From: Diplonema japonicum
Taxonomy: Eukaryota > Protista > Euglenozoa: Diplonemea
NCBI GenBank assembly: GCA_964019335.1
Contig: OZ025710.1
Coordinates: 310,001 to 374,000, forward strand
Direction: 5' to 3'
DNA length: 64,000 nucleotides
Position 1 is the first letter of the stretch, and the number at the start of each line of letters is the position of its first letter. This document shows positions 1 to 12,500 of this stretch, piece after piece. A program made the translations under genes and the position numbers. A model generated the notes under the pieces. That model searched no databases. It was not told the DNA's origin and saw nothing but the letters and a program-made list of their open reading frames with translations.

Positions 1-2829
1 CGCATGAAGTTCAACGGTGAAGGGGTCCTCATCGGCGCTTACATCGAGCCGTACTTGCTGGAGCGGAGCAGGGTCATCTCGCATTCCCATGGCGAACGTG
101 GGTTCCATGCCTTCTACCAATTGATCGCAGGATCGACTCCTGAAGAGAAGCGTAGAATGAAGTTGGGGAAGCTGTCTGACTACCCCTGCCTCAACGCGGG
201 GGGCATGGGGATAGTCAACGGCGTGGATGACGCAGAGGAGCATCGCATTACGCGAGAGGCTATGACCATCGTCGGGATATCTGAGAGCGAGCAGCGGTCT
301 CTGTACAATGTGCTGGCAGCTGTGCTGCATTTGATGAGCGTGTCCTTCTTGGAGAAGGACTCACGCAGCTATCTAAGCGACGATGACACGCAAACAGTTG
401 CTCTTGTTGCGGAGCTTCTTGGGATCTCTGCTGCGAATCTTCTTGAAGAACTCACGTCGACGACCCGCACTGTGGCAGGGGACACCTATACCACTGCACT
501 GGACACCTCGTTGGCCACAGAGCAAAGAGACACCCTGTGCAAGACGCTGTATGAAAGAGTGTTTCTATGGTTGGTGCAGTCGATCAACGGTTTGATAGAC
601 TGCCCTACTGACGACAGCGACCACTGGCTGGGGCTGCTGGACATCTTTGGGTTCGAACACTTCGAGAAGAACACCTTCGAGCAGCTCTGCATCAACCTCA
701 CCAACGAGCAGCTGCAGCAGCATTACAACAAGTACATCTTTGCCAAGGACATGCAGGAATGCAAGGACGAAGGTATCGATGTCCAGAGCGTAATCTTCTC
801 CGACAACCAGCCCACGCTCGACCTCATCACCTCCACTCTCGGTGTTTTGTCCCTCCTCGATGAGGAGGTACAGCTCCGTAAAGGCACTGACTCTGCTTTT
901 GCCGCAAAACTTTCCGAAGCGCAGGGTTCACACCCTTCTTATGTCAAGCACAGAATGGACCGCCAGTCGTTTGGTGTCCGGCACTACGCAGGTACCGTGA
1001 TGTACACCGTGGACGGCTGGAAGGACAAGAACATGGATACCTTGAAGGACCAACTGAAGATGTTGGCGAGGTCGTCCAACAACACCTTCGTCGCAAATCT
1101 CGTTGAAGAACCCCCCTCGGCTGACCAGGTCCGCAGGAAGCCCACCGTGGCGAGAATATACAAAGGACAGCTGCAGGACCTCATGGCAGTCATCAACTCC
1201 TCGAACCCGCATTGGATTAGATGCATCAAACCGCACCACTGCAAGAAGCCCCGCAAGTTCCACGGGCAGGAAGTCATGACACAGCTGCGCTCTGCTGGTG
1301 TGTTGGAGACAGTGCGGATCCGGAAGATGGGGTTCTCAATCAGACTGACCTTCGAGGAGTTCGTGGCAAGGTATCATACCATATGCAATACAAGAGGCCG
1401 CGCCAAGGAGATCTGCCAAGCGGTACTGACCACCCTTGAGATCAAGACAGACATGGGGCAAGTTGGTAGAACAAAGGTGTTCCTGAAGAACGAGTCCTGG
1501 ATGGTAATCGAGGATGCAAGAGCACAGGCACTAAACTCGAGGGCATTGGTCATCCAGCGCAGTGTGTACGCAAGGCATGCTAAGGCACACCATGCTGTGC
1601 AGCTCGCTAAGAAGCGTGTAAAGATGTTGCAGGCCTACGCAAGGACCAAGCTGGCGATGAGACATGTGAAATGGGTTGAATACAAGTCACGAGAAGAGGT
1701 TCTTCTCAGTGGGGCTGCGAAGCTACAGTCCTGCATCAGAGAGGAAGAGAGAAGCAGAGTAGCGCTGATGCAAACAGAAGTCGATTATTTACATTCGTTC
1801 GGTGAGTGCAAAAAGAAACATTTAGAAGGCATTGTGGAGAAGTGGTACAAGGACAAGCCAGTGAAAGACGCATTGCAGCAATCGGACTTCAAGGTGCAGG
1901 AAGAGACGGAGCGGATGGCGATGGAGAGGAGAGAGCAAGAACAACTGTTGAAGACGCTGGACTTGCTGAAGGAGGACTTCTGTGTGATGCAGCAACGACA
2001 GGCACAGAGAGAAAGGCTAGAGGACGAACAACGGTTGAGGTTGCAGGAGCAGATGCTTCAAGAGCAGAGGCAAAAGGCACAGCTTGCGTGGGCACGGGCT
2101 ATGGAAGAGAAGCGAGCTGAAGAGGAGCTTGTAATGCAAGATGAGTATCGAAAGTGGCAACAGCTGCAGAAGGTGAACGAGAACATCCACCATGCTAAGT
2201 CGCTGTACGAGACAGAGAGGCAGCAGGCCGTGAAGGAGAAGCGACAATTTGACCCAGCCACTTTCTGCTCCTCTGTCCCCTCCCACCGCGTTGAGTCTCC
2301 TCGGAGAGGTCGTTCACGATCCCCCTCCTTCACGCAGCGTGTGGGATACCCAGAGCAGCCTCCTTCCTATGCCACCCCAACTTTCTCAAGAGTTTCCATG
2401 GCTGGACCTTCGCAGGCAGGGCACATGTACTCTTCCATACCTGGTGCTCATTCAAGGATGAGCCACTCGAGGAGGGCACGCAGTCCGCAGCCGCCAAAGC
2501 CTGTCAAGGCAGACCCCAACGGGACGCACTCGCTGGATATGGTCAGGAAGCTGCAGAAATTGTCGAAGGTACACAAACACAAAAAATTACAAATTCAAAC
2601 GTCACAGGCTGTGCAGTCCAACCCTTACCGCCTCATCACACACCGCCACTCCGCCATGAGCTCAAAATCCCCTAACAACCCTAATCATCCTGATTGGCAG
2701 CCAGCTGCTGACGGGAGTGTGTTGTTGCCTGACGGCACAAAGTATGAGACGATGGGACAAGAACAAGGGGTGAAAAAAAATAATATTTGCAGGTGTCATG
2801 TTGATGAGCTGGATTCCCAGATGTGGTGA
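1..2829 (+). CDS. Myosin heavy chain, 5'-partial (motor C-terminal part, IQ-like neck, coiled-coil tail); exons <1-2568, 2608-2741, 2793-2829
   Basis: Motor motifs YLLERSRV, ERGFHAFYQL, GLLDIFGFEHFEKNTFEQLCIN, HYAGTVMY, HWIRCIKP, QLRSAGVLETVRIR, GRTKVFL. The P-loop lies upstream of the window. Two AT-rich GT-AG introns (2569-2607, 2742-2792) are read through in the ORF track. Confidence 0.93.
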   Translation, partial: RMKFNGEGVLIGAYIEPYLLERSRVISHSHGERGFHAFYQLIAGSTPEEKRRMKLGKLSDYPCLNAGGMGIVNGVDDAEEHRITREAMTIVGISESEQRSLYNVLAAVLHLMSVSFLEKDSRSYLSDDDTQTVALVAELLGISAANLLEELTSTTRTVAGDTYTTALDTSLATEQRDTLCKTLYERVFLWLVQSINGLIDCPTDDSDHWLGLLDIFGFEHFEKNTFEQLCINLTNEQLQQHYNKYIFAKDMQECKDEGIDVQSVIFSDNQPTLDLITSTLGVLSLLDEEVQLRKGTDSAFAAKLSEAQGSHPSYVKHRMDRQSFGVRHYAGTVMYTVDGWKDKNMDTLKDQLKMLARSSNNTFVANLVEEPPSADQVRRKPTVARIYKGQLQDLMAVINSSNPHWIRCIKPHHCKKPRKFHGQEVMTQLRSAGVLETVRIRKMGFSIRLTFEEFVARYHTICNTRGRAKEICQAVLTTLEIKTDMGQVGRTKVFLKNESWMVIEDARAQALNSRALVIQRSVYARHAKAHHAVQLAKKRVKMLQAYARTKLAMRHVKWVEYKSREEVLLSGAAKLQSCIREEERSRVALMQTEVDYLHSFGECKKKHLEGIVEKWYKDKPVKDALQQSDFKVQEETERMAMERREQEQLLKTLDLLKEDFCVMQQRQAQRERLEDEQRLRLQEQMLQEQRQKAQLAWARAMEEKRAEEELVMQDEYRKWQQLQKVNENIHHAKSLYETERQQAVKEKRQFDPATFCSSVPSHRVESPRRGRSRSPSFTQRVGYPEQPPSYATPTFSRVSMAGPSQAGHMYSSIPGAHSRMSHSRRARSPQPPKPVKADPNGTHSLDMVRKLQKLSKVHKHKKLQIQTSQAVQSNPYRLITHRHSAMSSKSPNNPNHPDWQPAADGSVLLPDGTKYETMGQEQGVKKNNICRCHVDELDSQMW

Positions 2830-3543
2830 TATTGATCAAAGGTCTTGAAAGGAAAGAGGGATTTTTTTTTTTTGCTAGAGTTCTTTCCCCCCCCCCTACT
2901 TTTTTCTTCTCCCCCTGTTCCTCTCAGAAGAGCAATTATAGATCGAATATATATATATTTTTTTTAGATGTTCAGTTGATACACATGTTTTCTTTTTCTT
3001 TCTTTAGGAAAAGTTGAAGTTCGGCCCCGAGAGTCCTATTCATATGAAAAAAAAAGCTGGATTTTACTCCCTCTTTTCCCAGCCTGATGTTGTTTCCCCT
3101 CTTTTTTTTTGCAATAGTTTCTATTTGTCAATTCTAGGGGGGAAGAGGAAAAAAAATAAATGAACGAAAGAACAGAGGAAAAAAAAAAGAAAGAAAAGTG
3201 CTGTATTTCTTCCCCCCTTGACCCATTGTTATCTTCTCACACTCCTTTTTTTTTTATTTTTCTTTTCCTTCATGTTTCTCCCTTCATTCCGTCCACTGTC
3301 TTATTAACCATATTTGTCTACTCCTGTTGTGTGCGGCTTTCCACCACTTTTTTTTTTACTTCCCCACACAGATTTTGCTTTTTTCATTTTGTTTTCCCCC
3401 TGTATTTCTTTTGGAAAAATAAAAAAAAATTGGATAACGATTTTTTCTTTTTCGTGTTTTCTCTTCAAACACACCAAACAAACAGGAGAAGGGGAGGGGG
3501 GAGTGGCGGGTGGAGGGAAGAAAGTAGAAGAAAAATAAAAGAA

Positions 3544-6500
3544 ATGCCAGCTGGAAAGTTGCGCAGCTCGCTGAGACCTAAGGCGAAGTCAAAGCCGCAA
3601 AGTAATGGGATCACAAATGGGACTGGAAACGGTACCACGAGCGGGAATTGGACTTCGGCAGGTGCCAATGAAGGTGCAGGAGAAGGACCGCTTAACCCAA
3701 AGCCACCAAGTGAAGTTGCTGGGGAGAGTGGGTCGCCTAGAAGTTATGCAGACCCAACACAAGAAGGGCTGCTGGATGGTAGTGAATCTGTACCGCATAA
3801 AGTTTTCTGCGATCTGCCTCCGAGGGTATTGGAACCCAAGGTGCTCCTCCCATTCGTTCACGTCAGAGGAAAGGTCCCTCGGAAAATCGAGATCGAGAGG
3901 AAAAGGCGGCAGTATGAATCGCAAAGTGTCGAGCAGCTCTGCAGCCTTGCAGGCCTTCCCCTCGACGCCATCAGTGCCAGGGAAGGACCCACCCTCCCGT
4001 TGGAGATTTTCGACAACACCTCCTTCGACCCCAGAACCCCAGACGAGTGGATGAGCTTGGCACATGAAGGTGTCGACCCCAAGGCTGCAGAGACGTCATT
4101 CTACATCCCTGCAAAGTGTCTGCAAAAGGACAAACAATCAGGAGCATGGGTGTACAAATACTGCAGAGTCGTGGATTGGAACAAAGACACGAACAAACTT
4201 AGGATTCTATGGGGGGCAACACCGACCGAGAACGGGGAGATGACCACATGGGTGCCCAGGATCACAACATGCTTCCTCTCAGAGGACCCTGCTACCTATG
4301 TGCAACGCTTGGTCCACGCCAACCGGCAACGAGAGAAGGTCATGCGGTGGCTGAAGTACAAACTCTGCTGTGATTCAATGCCGACGGACGAGATGACACC
4401 CATCGACTCTGCGATACTGGAGAGGATCACACACCTTGGGACAAACATTAGATCGCTGCCTCCAGAGGACCGGCGGAACATCAAACCACAGGAAGATGCA
4501 TTGGTCAAGGAGTTCGTGCTGGACTGGAACCGATGCATGAACAAAGTGATGCTGGAACATAAATACTTCATGAACGAGTGTGAAGCTGAAGGTCTCGTGG
4601 AGCTATTCAACGGCCTTTCTCAAGAAGACATCTCGCGGGGGGTTTCGCCATGTGCACCTTTGGCACCGCTGGACAAGGTTGTGTCCGTGCCCCCGAGCTC
4701 CAGGCAGGACTTCATGGAGTCCAACCAAAGGTTCAACTTTTCAACGTATTTCACACAACCCGAAGTGATCAAAGCCCTTGCCTCCGTGCAGGAGGAGTGT
4801 CAGAAGGTTCTTGAAGTCTCCCTCTTCAACCTCCCGAAAGAACGGCACATGTCTCTGCAGGAGTTCGAACGCAAGCAGCTAGACAACATCGAGGAACGCA
4901 CAGCTTACTTGAAGTACGAATGGAAGGAGAAGCTGAAGGACTGCATCATCGCACACATCGCCGGTGTGGGGAAGGGGTGGCTCAACCTGGAGGAAAAATC
5001 AAAGGAAATCTATGAGATCTCAAAGCTGAAGAAGTTCTTAACCACAGTGAAGTACATGATGGAGGACACACTGCACTTCCTAGTGCTGAACTCTATTACT
5101 GCCTTTGCGGAGTTCATCGAAGACGTGTCCAACTTCCAAGTTAAAGTGAAGGATATGTACACCGTTAACAACTCGTGGCCAGGCAGTGACGACCCGGCAG
5201 CCATTGAAAAAACCCCTTTGTTCACACTGGAGCTTGTGGAGAGAGAAGGGGACTTCAGCTACTCCACACCGACCGACAAGTTCGAGCAGACCATTGTGAA
5301 TCTCTTCGAAAAGGCCATCATCTCCACCCACGATGTCCCCCAGCTTGAAAAGTACGTCATGTCAAACTACTTCTGGCCTGAAGAGAACGGACCTTACTGT
5401 GCATCTGTCACCCCGTCAGACCAGCGTGTTGTTGAAATGCGAGCACGTGTCGTGGCTGCCCTTCAGCAGAGTCTTGCACCCCTTCAGGACTACAAAGACA
5501 CTTATCTCAAGTACACTGACGTTATAAAGCTAGACAAAGCAGCTTATATCAAGAACTTCCAAGCGCAGTGCACGGACCCAGAGGCGCGAAACCCCACTGA
5601 AGAGATGTCTGCCGAGATCAAGAAACACGAGAAAAAGAAACGAGAAGTCCGGAAAGAGATCCCTCACTACATGGAAGTGGGGAACTTCTTCGTAGACTGC
5701 ACAACGTTCAGGATGACGATGGAGAAGAAGCACGACGAGTTGAAGAAGGGCGTCGAGGACCTCATCAAGGGGTTGGCCAAGGAGAAGGCAAAAACCATCA
5801 GAGAACAGTTCACAAAGATTAACGCCACGCTGCAGCGCCCAGCGCAGACGGTCGAGGCACTCTTCACCACACGGTCCTACATCAAGAAGGACATCCCAGA
5901 GCTTGTCTATGCAGCACCCGAGGGGCTCATCCACCGCATCGAAGACATGAAAACATACTACGCCATCCTTGAGACCTTTCAATACCAACTCACTGATGAG
6001 GACTTCAAAGGGAAGTGGGAAGCAATGTATTGGCCGAAGAAGCTGGAGACGCAGGTCGACCTTGTTTCGAAGAGACTGGACACTGAGGGCGAGAAGCTTC
6101 ATGATGCAATGATCGTCGAGCAGGAGGCTTTCAAGAAGGAGATTGAGAAGGTCGCTCGAGATGTTCAAAAGTTCAGTGCACAGACAGACCTTCAGGTCAA
6201 CGTGGCACAGCTGGCAGGGGATGTCAAGTCGCTGCAGAAGAGGATCAACGATGCCAAAGAGCTGTCTGCAGAGTTTAACAGGAAGCAAGAGCTGTTTGGC
6301 GACGAGGTTATCAGCTACAGGCAGATCACGGAGGTGGGGAAAGAGTTCAAACCCTACGCAGACCTGTGGATCACAACCAACGACTGGCAGAACTGGGTGG
6401 AGGGCTGGCACAAGGATCCGTTCACCTCCCTTGACCCTGACGAGCTCAAGAAAAATGTCGATACTGCGGAGAAGGTCATGGCCTCTCTGCGGAAGGTATT

Positions 6501-9500
6501 TAAAGACAAGCCGCAGATCAAAATTGTGGATGAGATTCGGATGCAGCTGCAGGACTTCTCGCCGTTGGTGCCAATCCTGCAATCCTTACGCAACCCGGGG
6601 ATGAAGGAACGTCACTGGTTGGAGCTTGCTGGGAAACTACCGCCTGGGACATTGGACCAGGAAAACCCGGAAGACTGCATCCAAACTCTGCAAGACTGCC
6701 GCGACAGAGACCTCGTCAGCCATAAAGACACCATTGTCAGGGTGTGCGAGGTGGCAGCGAAGGAGTACGGCATCGAGTCGAGCCTGAACGAGATGTACGG
6801 GAAGTGGAAGGACGTGGTCTTTAAGATCGAGGCGTACAAAGAAACCAAAACGTACATGATGAAGGGCTCCGAAGAGATCCAGGCACGCCTCGACGAAGAC
6901 GTGAACCTCACGCAACAGCTGTCCTTCTCACCGTTCAAGGGTCATTTCGAGGATCAGATCATGGACTGGGACAAGTCGCTGACCCTCATCTCGGAGATCT
7001 TAGAGCAGTGGTTGGATTGTCAACGAAACTGGCTGTACTTGCAACCTATTTTCTCAGCTGAGGATATTCAAGTCCAGCTTCCCGTCCTTGCGAAGAAGTT
7101 CGACAAGGTAGATAGGACCTGGCGGAAAATCCTAGGGCAGGCCTTTCAGAACCCTAATGCGCTCGACTTCTGCACAAAGTCTAACAAGCTTCTGGACCAG
7201 TTTATCGATGCCAACAAGAACCTTGAAATCGTGCAGAAGGGGTTGAACGACTACCTGGGGGAGAAGCGGCAGTTGTTCGGGAGGTTCTACTTCCTGTCCG
7301 ACGAGGAACTGTTGGAGATCCTGTCGCAGTCGCGGGACCCGCGCACCATCGACCTGCACCTCACGAAGCTTATGGAATTCATGCAATTCTTGGACTGGGG
7401 GGAAGAGAACGACGAGATGTTAGGATGGAACTCATCGGAAGGCGAACGTGTCTCATTTGTGAAGCCGATCTACCCCCAGGGCAACGTGGAGATCTGGTTA
7501 GGCGTCATTGAGACAGGGATGAAGGAAGGCCTCCACGAGGGCATCACTATTGCGAACGAAGAATACTCCAAGGTCCCAAGGAAAGAGTGGGTGCTCCAGC
7601 ATTGCGGGCAAGTGGTCATCGCGGTCACACAAATCTGGTGGACCATCGAGATCGAGGAAGCCCTCAACACAGACGGCCTCCCCGGGCTGGAACGGTACGC
7701 GCAGAAGTCAGAAAACCAGCTGCTGGAGCTTGTGGACGTCGTGCAGTCACCTTTGAACCGCATGCAGCGTGTCAACATGGGTGCCCTCATCACTATCGAG
7801 GTGCATGCAAAGGACACGGCAAAAACATTGTTTGCAATCAAAACCTCCAGCACCACCGACTTCGACTGGATCAAACAGCTGAGGTACTACTACGACACAA
7901 GTGACTCCCGCTGCAAGATCAAACAGGTGGATGCATTGTTTGTGTATGGCGGTGAATATCTTGGGAACACAATGCGTCTTGTGATCACTCCTTTGACCGA
8001 CAGGATCTATCTGACGTTGACAGGAGCTTTGGCGCTGTGCTTGGGAGGTGCGCCAGCAGGACCTGCAGGAACAGGTAAAACTGAGACGACAAAGGATTTG
8101 GCCAAAGCGCTGTCAAAGCAGTGCGTGGTGTTCAACTGCCAGGAGGGTTTGGACTTCCGCGCGATGGGGAAATTTTTCAAGGGTCTCGCGATGACAGGTG
8201 CGTGGGCGTGCTTTGACGAGTTCAACCGTATTGATGTTGAAGTGCTTTCCGTCGTCGCCCAGCAAGTCTCCGACCTCCAGGAGGCACTCAAGAGGCAACA
8301 ATACCGCATCGACTTCGAGGGCTCAGAGATCGTGGTGGACCCTACCCACGCTGTGTTCATCACCATGAATCCAGGGTACGCTGGGAGGACAGAACTCCCT
8401 GACAACTTAAAGGTGTTGTTCCGACCTGTGGCCTGCATGGTCCCCGACTACGCACTCATCGGTGAGATCAGGCTGTTCTCATACGGTTACAAAAACGCAC
8501 GCCCGTTGTCGAAGAAGATGGTGCAGACCTTCCAGCTATCCTCCGAGCAACTATCCACACAGGACCACTACGATTTTGGGATGAGGGCCGTGAACACCGT
8601 CATCACTGCTGCCGGCATCAACAAGCGAGAGAACCCTGATGGGGAGGAGTCGCTGCTGCTGCTCCGGTCGCTCCGAGATTCGAATGTTCCCAAGTTCCTT
8701 CACGCGGACATAGTGCTCTTCGAGAATATCATTTCCGATCTGTTCCCAGATGCTGTCCTCCCTGAGGCCGACTACGGCGCCTTGATGGAAGGCGTCCACA
8801 ACGGGATCACCAAGCTGGGTATACAACCTGTCCCCGAATTCATCGTGAAGGTCATCCAGTTGTTCGAAGTGACCGTTTTGAGGCACGGTCTGATGTTGGT
8901 GGGCCAGGCTGGGGGCGGGAAGACGATGAATTACAAAGTGCTGCAGCTCGCAATGACATCTATAGCGACCAAGCGTGAGAAGCAAGGTGGTGTGGACAAG
9001 GAGTCGAAGTACCAACGTGTTAGGACACATATCTGCAACCCTAAGAGTATCACGATGAACCAACTGTATGGTGCGTACGACGAAGCGACGCATGAGTGGA
9101 GCGATGGGATCCTGTGTGTGTTGTTCAGAAGAGCTGCGAAGGAGACGTCGGGTGCGAAACAGTGGGTCGTGTTTGATGGGCCCGTTGACGCATTGTGGAT
9201 CGAGTCCATGAACACAGTGCTGGACGACAACAAGAAGCTGTGCTTGGTGTCCGGAGAAATCATCCAGATGACACGCCACATGACAATGATGTTCGAGGTG
9301 GAGGACCTTGCCGTTGCCTCCCCTGCAACCGTCAGCAGGTGCGGGATGATCTTTATGGAACCAGCAACATGCACACCCACGAAGGACAGGACAGAGTCAT
9401 GGGTGCAACGTCTTCCAGACATGTACAAGCCACATGCAGAAACGCTCAGGGAGAAGAGTTTAATGTACATCCCCTCCTGCGTGGACTTTATCCGATGGAA

Positions 9501-12500
9501 CACAGTGGAGTACGTGCCCACCGTGGATAACAACCTGGTTGACTCTGCGTTCAGGGTCATGGACGGGTTTATAAATATTTTCGTGACGGCCCATGGTGGT
9601 GTTGGGGAGGTCTCTGAAGAGCTTCAGGCTGCCGTAGCATCCAGTTTGCTTCCTTACTTTTTCTTATCTCTCGTCTGGTCCATTGGTGCTAGCTGCAATG
9701 CCACCAGCCGAGTGAAGTTCTCTGAGTACCTCTCTGACCTCATGAAGCAGCACGAGGAGCCGATCCTTGCCGATCTCAGCATTGAGTACGAAGGCCGTCC
9801 TACCACTCTTTACGATATCTTCTACGAATGGGAGGACGACAAGGGTGCAGGGTGGAAACACTGGCTCCAGACAGAGCCGGCGCCGTCTATCGACCCCAAG
9901 CAGAAGTTCGGAGATCTCCTTGTCACTACCAAGGACACGGTCAGGAGCAACTTCCTGTGCAAGCTCATCGTCAAAACGAACAACCACCTGCTTGCAACAG
10001 GCCCTACCGGTACAGGTAAGACCCTGAACATGCAGAACATGATCATGAGTGGGCTTCCCGAGAAGTACTCTGGTGTGTCTTTCTTTTTCTTCAACATATC
10101 TTTTGTTTAAGGAATCTTCTTGACATTCTCTGCGCAAACGCACTCCAACCAATGCCAAAACACGCTGATGGGGAAATTCGAAAAGCGAAAGAACGGGATG
10201 GAGACCACCTCGTGGGGCCCGCCTGTTGGGAAGGTATGACAGCAGTCAATAATTAAAAAAAAGCTATTTTTTTCTCCCTAGATGTTTGTGATCTTCGTAG
10301 ATGATGCAAACATGCCCATCAAGGAACAGTATGGTGCCCAACCACCGCTTGAGCTGCTGAGACAGTTCCTGGACCATGCTGGATTCTACAACTACACACC
10401 GCCCATCAAGTACAATGAAGTTCTAGATGTTGTGCTGACGGCATCGATGGGCCCTCCCGGAGGGGGCAGGCAAAGTGTGACGAATAGATTCTTGCGCCAC
10501 TTCAACCACATATCCTTCCCTGAGTTGGACGATGAATCGATGACACTGATCTTCAGCACCATCATGCTGACAAGGCTCGCCGCCGTGGGCCTTGGCCAAG
10601 AAATTGTAGACACCATGCACGGGGTCATCTCCAGCACTATTAAGCTGTTCCACTTCGCGTGCAAAAATTTCCTTCCAACACCCAACCACGTGCACTACAC
10701 CTTCAACCTGCGAGACATTTCGAAAGTCTTCACACTGGTGTACGATGTGGAGCCAAGGGTGGTGCGGGACCAGTCTTCAATCGTGAAGCTCTGGATCCAC
10801 GAATGCATGAGGGTGTTCCGAGACCGGCTGATTTGTGAAGCGGATCGGAAAACACTGGACAGCCAGCTGGATGTCCTGTGCAAGGAGAATCTGAACATCG
10901 AAGGCGGGTTGTCCGAGCTGATCACGGCAGAGAGGCTTGTCTTTGGCGACTTTATGATCCCCGACATCGAGAGCCGTGTTTATGATGAAGTGACTGACAT
11001 GCAAGCGTTTGTCACAAGCATTTCACAATATCTGCAAGATTACAACGAGACGGCCGACTCCAGCAGGCCTCCGATGCCGTTGGTTGTGTTTTTGGACGCG
11101 GCGGAGCATGTTGCACGTGTGAGCAGGGTGCTGCAGATGCCGTCGGGCCATGCTTTGTTGCTGGGTGTCGGGGGTTCCGGTCGAAGGTCGCTTGCGAGAC
11201 TGGCATCGTACATCCCCGAGCTTGAGGTGTTCTACTTGGAGATCACGAAGAGCTTCACAATGACAGACTGGAAGGACTCGTTGAAACGGTTGATGACTGA
11301 TGCCGGTGTGGAGGACAAGGGACTTGTATTCCTCTTCACTGACACGCAGATTGTGAAGCCTATATTTATGGAAGACGTGGCCAACCTGCTCGGCACGGCT
11401 GACGTTCCCAACCTCTTCGATGGTCCTGACCTCGACAGCATCTACAGCTACTTCCGCAGTGTCTGTCAAGCCGAGCGGCTGCCCACTACAAAGCTCTCCC
11501 TCTACTCCCGCTTCATTAAGCAGGTCAAACGCAACCTCCACATCGTCCTCGCATTCTCCCCACTCGGCGAGGCCTTCCGCACCCGCATGCGTCAGTTCCC
11601 TTCTCTCTCCAACTGCTGCACCATTGATTGGTACGACCCATGGCCTGCAGAGGCCCTTGCATCCGTAGCCAAGGTCACACTCCAAAAGGCAAACTGCATC
11701 GTTGTGAACCCAGACAATCCAGAAGCGGCAACTATTGAGGTATGTTGTTTGTTTTGAATAAGCACATGCGATGTTTCTTTGCACAGGAAGGCGTCAGCAA
11801 CATGTTCACGTTCCTTCATAGATCGGCGACGGATCTCACTGAGCAGTTCTACACGGTATGGATAAAAACAAAGTAATCAAAAATACAAACAGGAGCGGAA
11901 GAGAATCACGTACGTGACCCCCACCTCCTACTTGGGGTTGTTGCAGGCCTTCCAGAGAATGCTTGCCGAGAAAAGGGAAGAAACAACTCAGAACAAACAG
12001 CGGCTTGTCAACGGGCTGAGCAAGCTGAAGGTGACGGAGGACGGTGTAGCGGAGTTGCAGGAGAAGCTGCAAGCAAGGCAACCCGAGCTTGTGAAGACGC
12101 AACAAGAGGTGAAGGTGATGATGGAACAGATCCAAGTCGATAAGCAAGAGGCAGATGTGGCAAGGAATGCGGCAAAGGGGGAAGAAACGGCTGCCAGTGA
12201 AAAGGCTGCTGTCTGCGAGGGAATCCAGAAACAAGCGCAGGCTATGCTTGACGAAGCTTTGCCTGCACTGGACGAGGCCAAGAAGGTACTACGTACCTTG
12301 AAGGTCAGAGATTTGCAGGAAGTTGGGAAGTACGCTGCGCCCCCCGGCGGGGTGTTGTTAGTTATGCAAGCCGTGCTGACGATCAAGGGCAGGGTGGCCA
12401 ACAAGGTTAATAAAGGTGGACAGAAAGAGGAAGACTGGTGGGGCCCTGCTAGGGAAGAGCTCAGAGACGCTTCCGGCCTTCACGAGTTCATGTTGAACTA

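Noticed and set aside
3160-3543. Phe/Lys-rich N-terminal extensions in the ORF track (also 36223, 39635, 43482, 44523, 52273)
   Set aside because: Translated poly(T)/poly(A) spacers that happen to lack stops; the real starts are the downstream A-tract-preceded ATGs.
5530-6582. Long minus-strand ORFs (350 aa here; also 50944-52053, 60217-61581, 61849-63744)
   Set aside because: Antisense shadows of GC3-biased + strand genes, with no motifs of their own.
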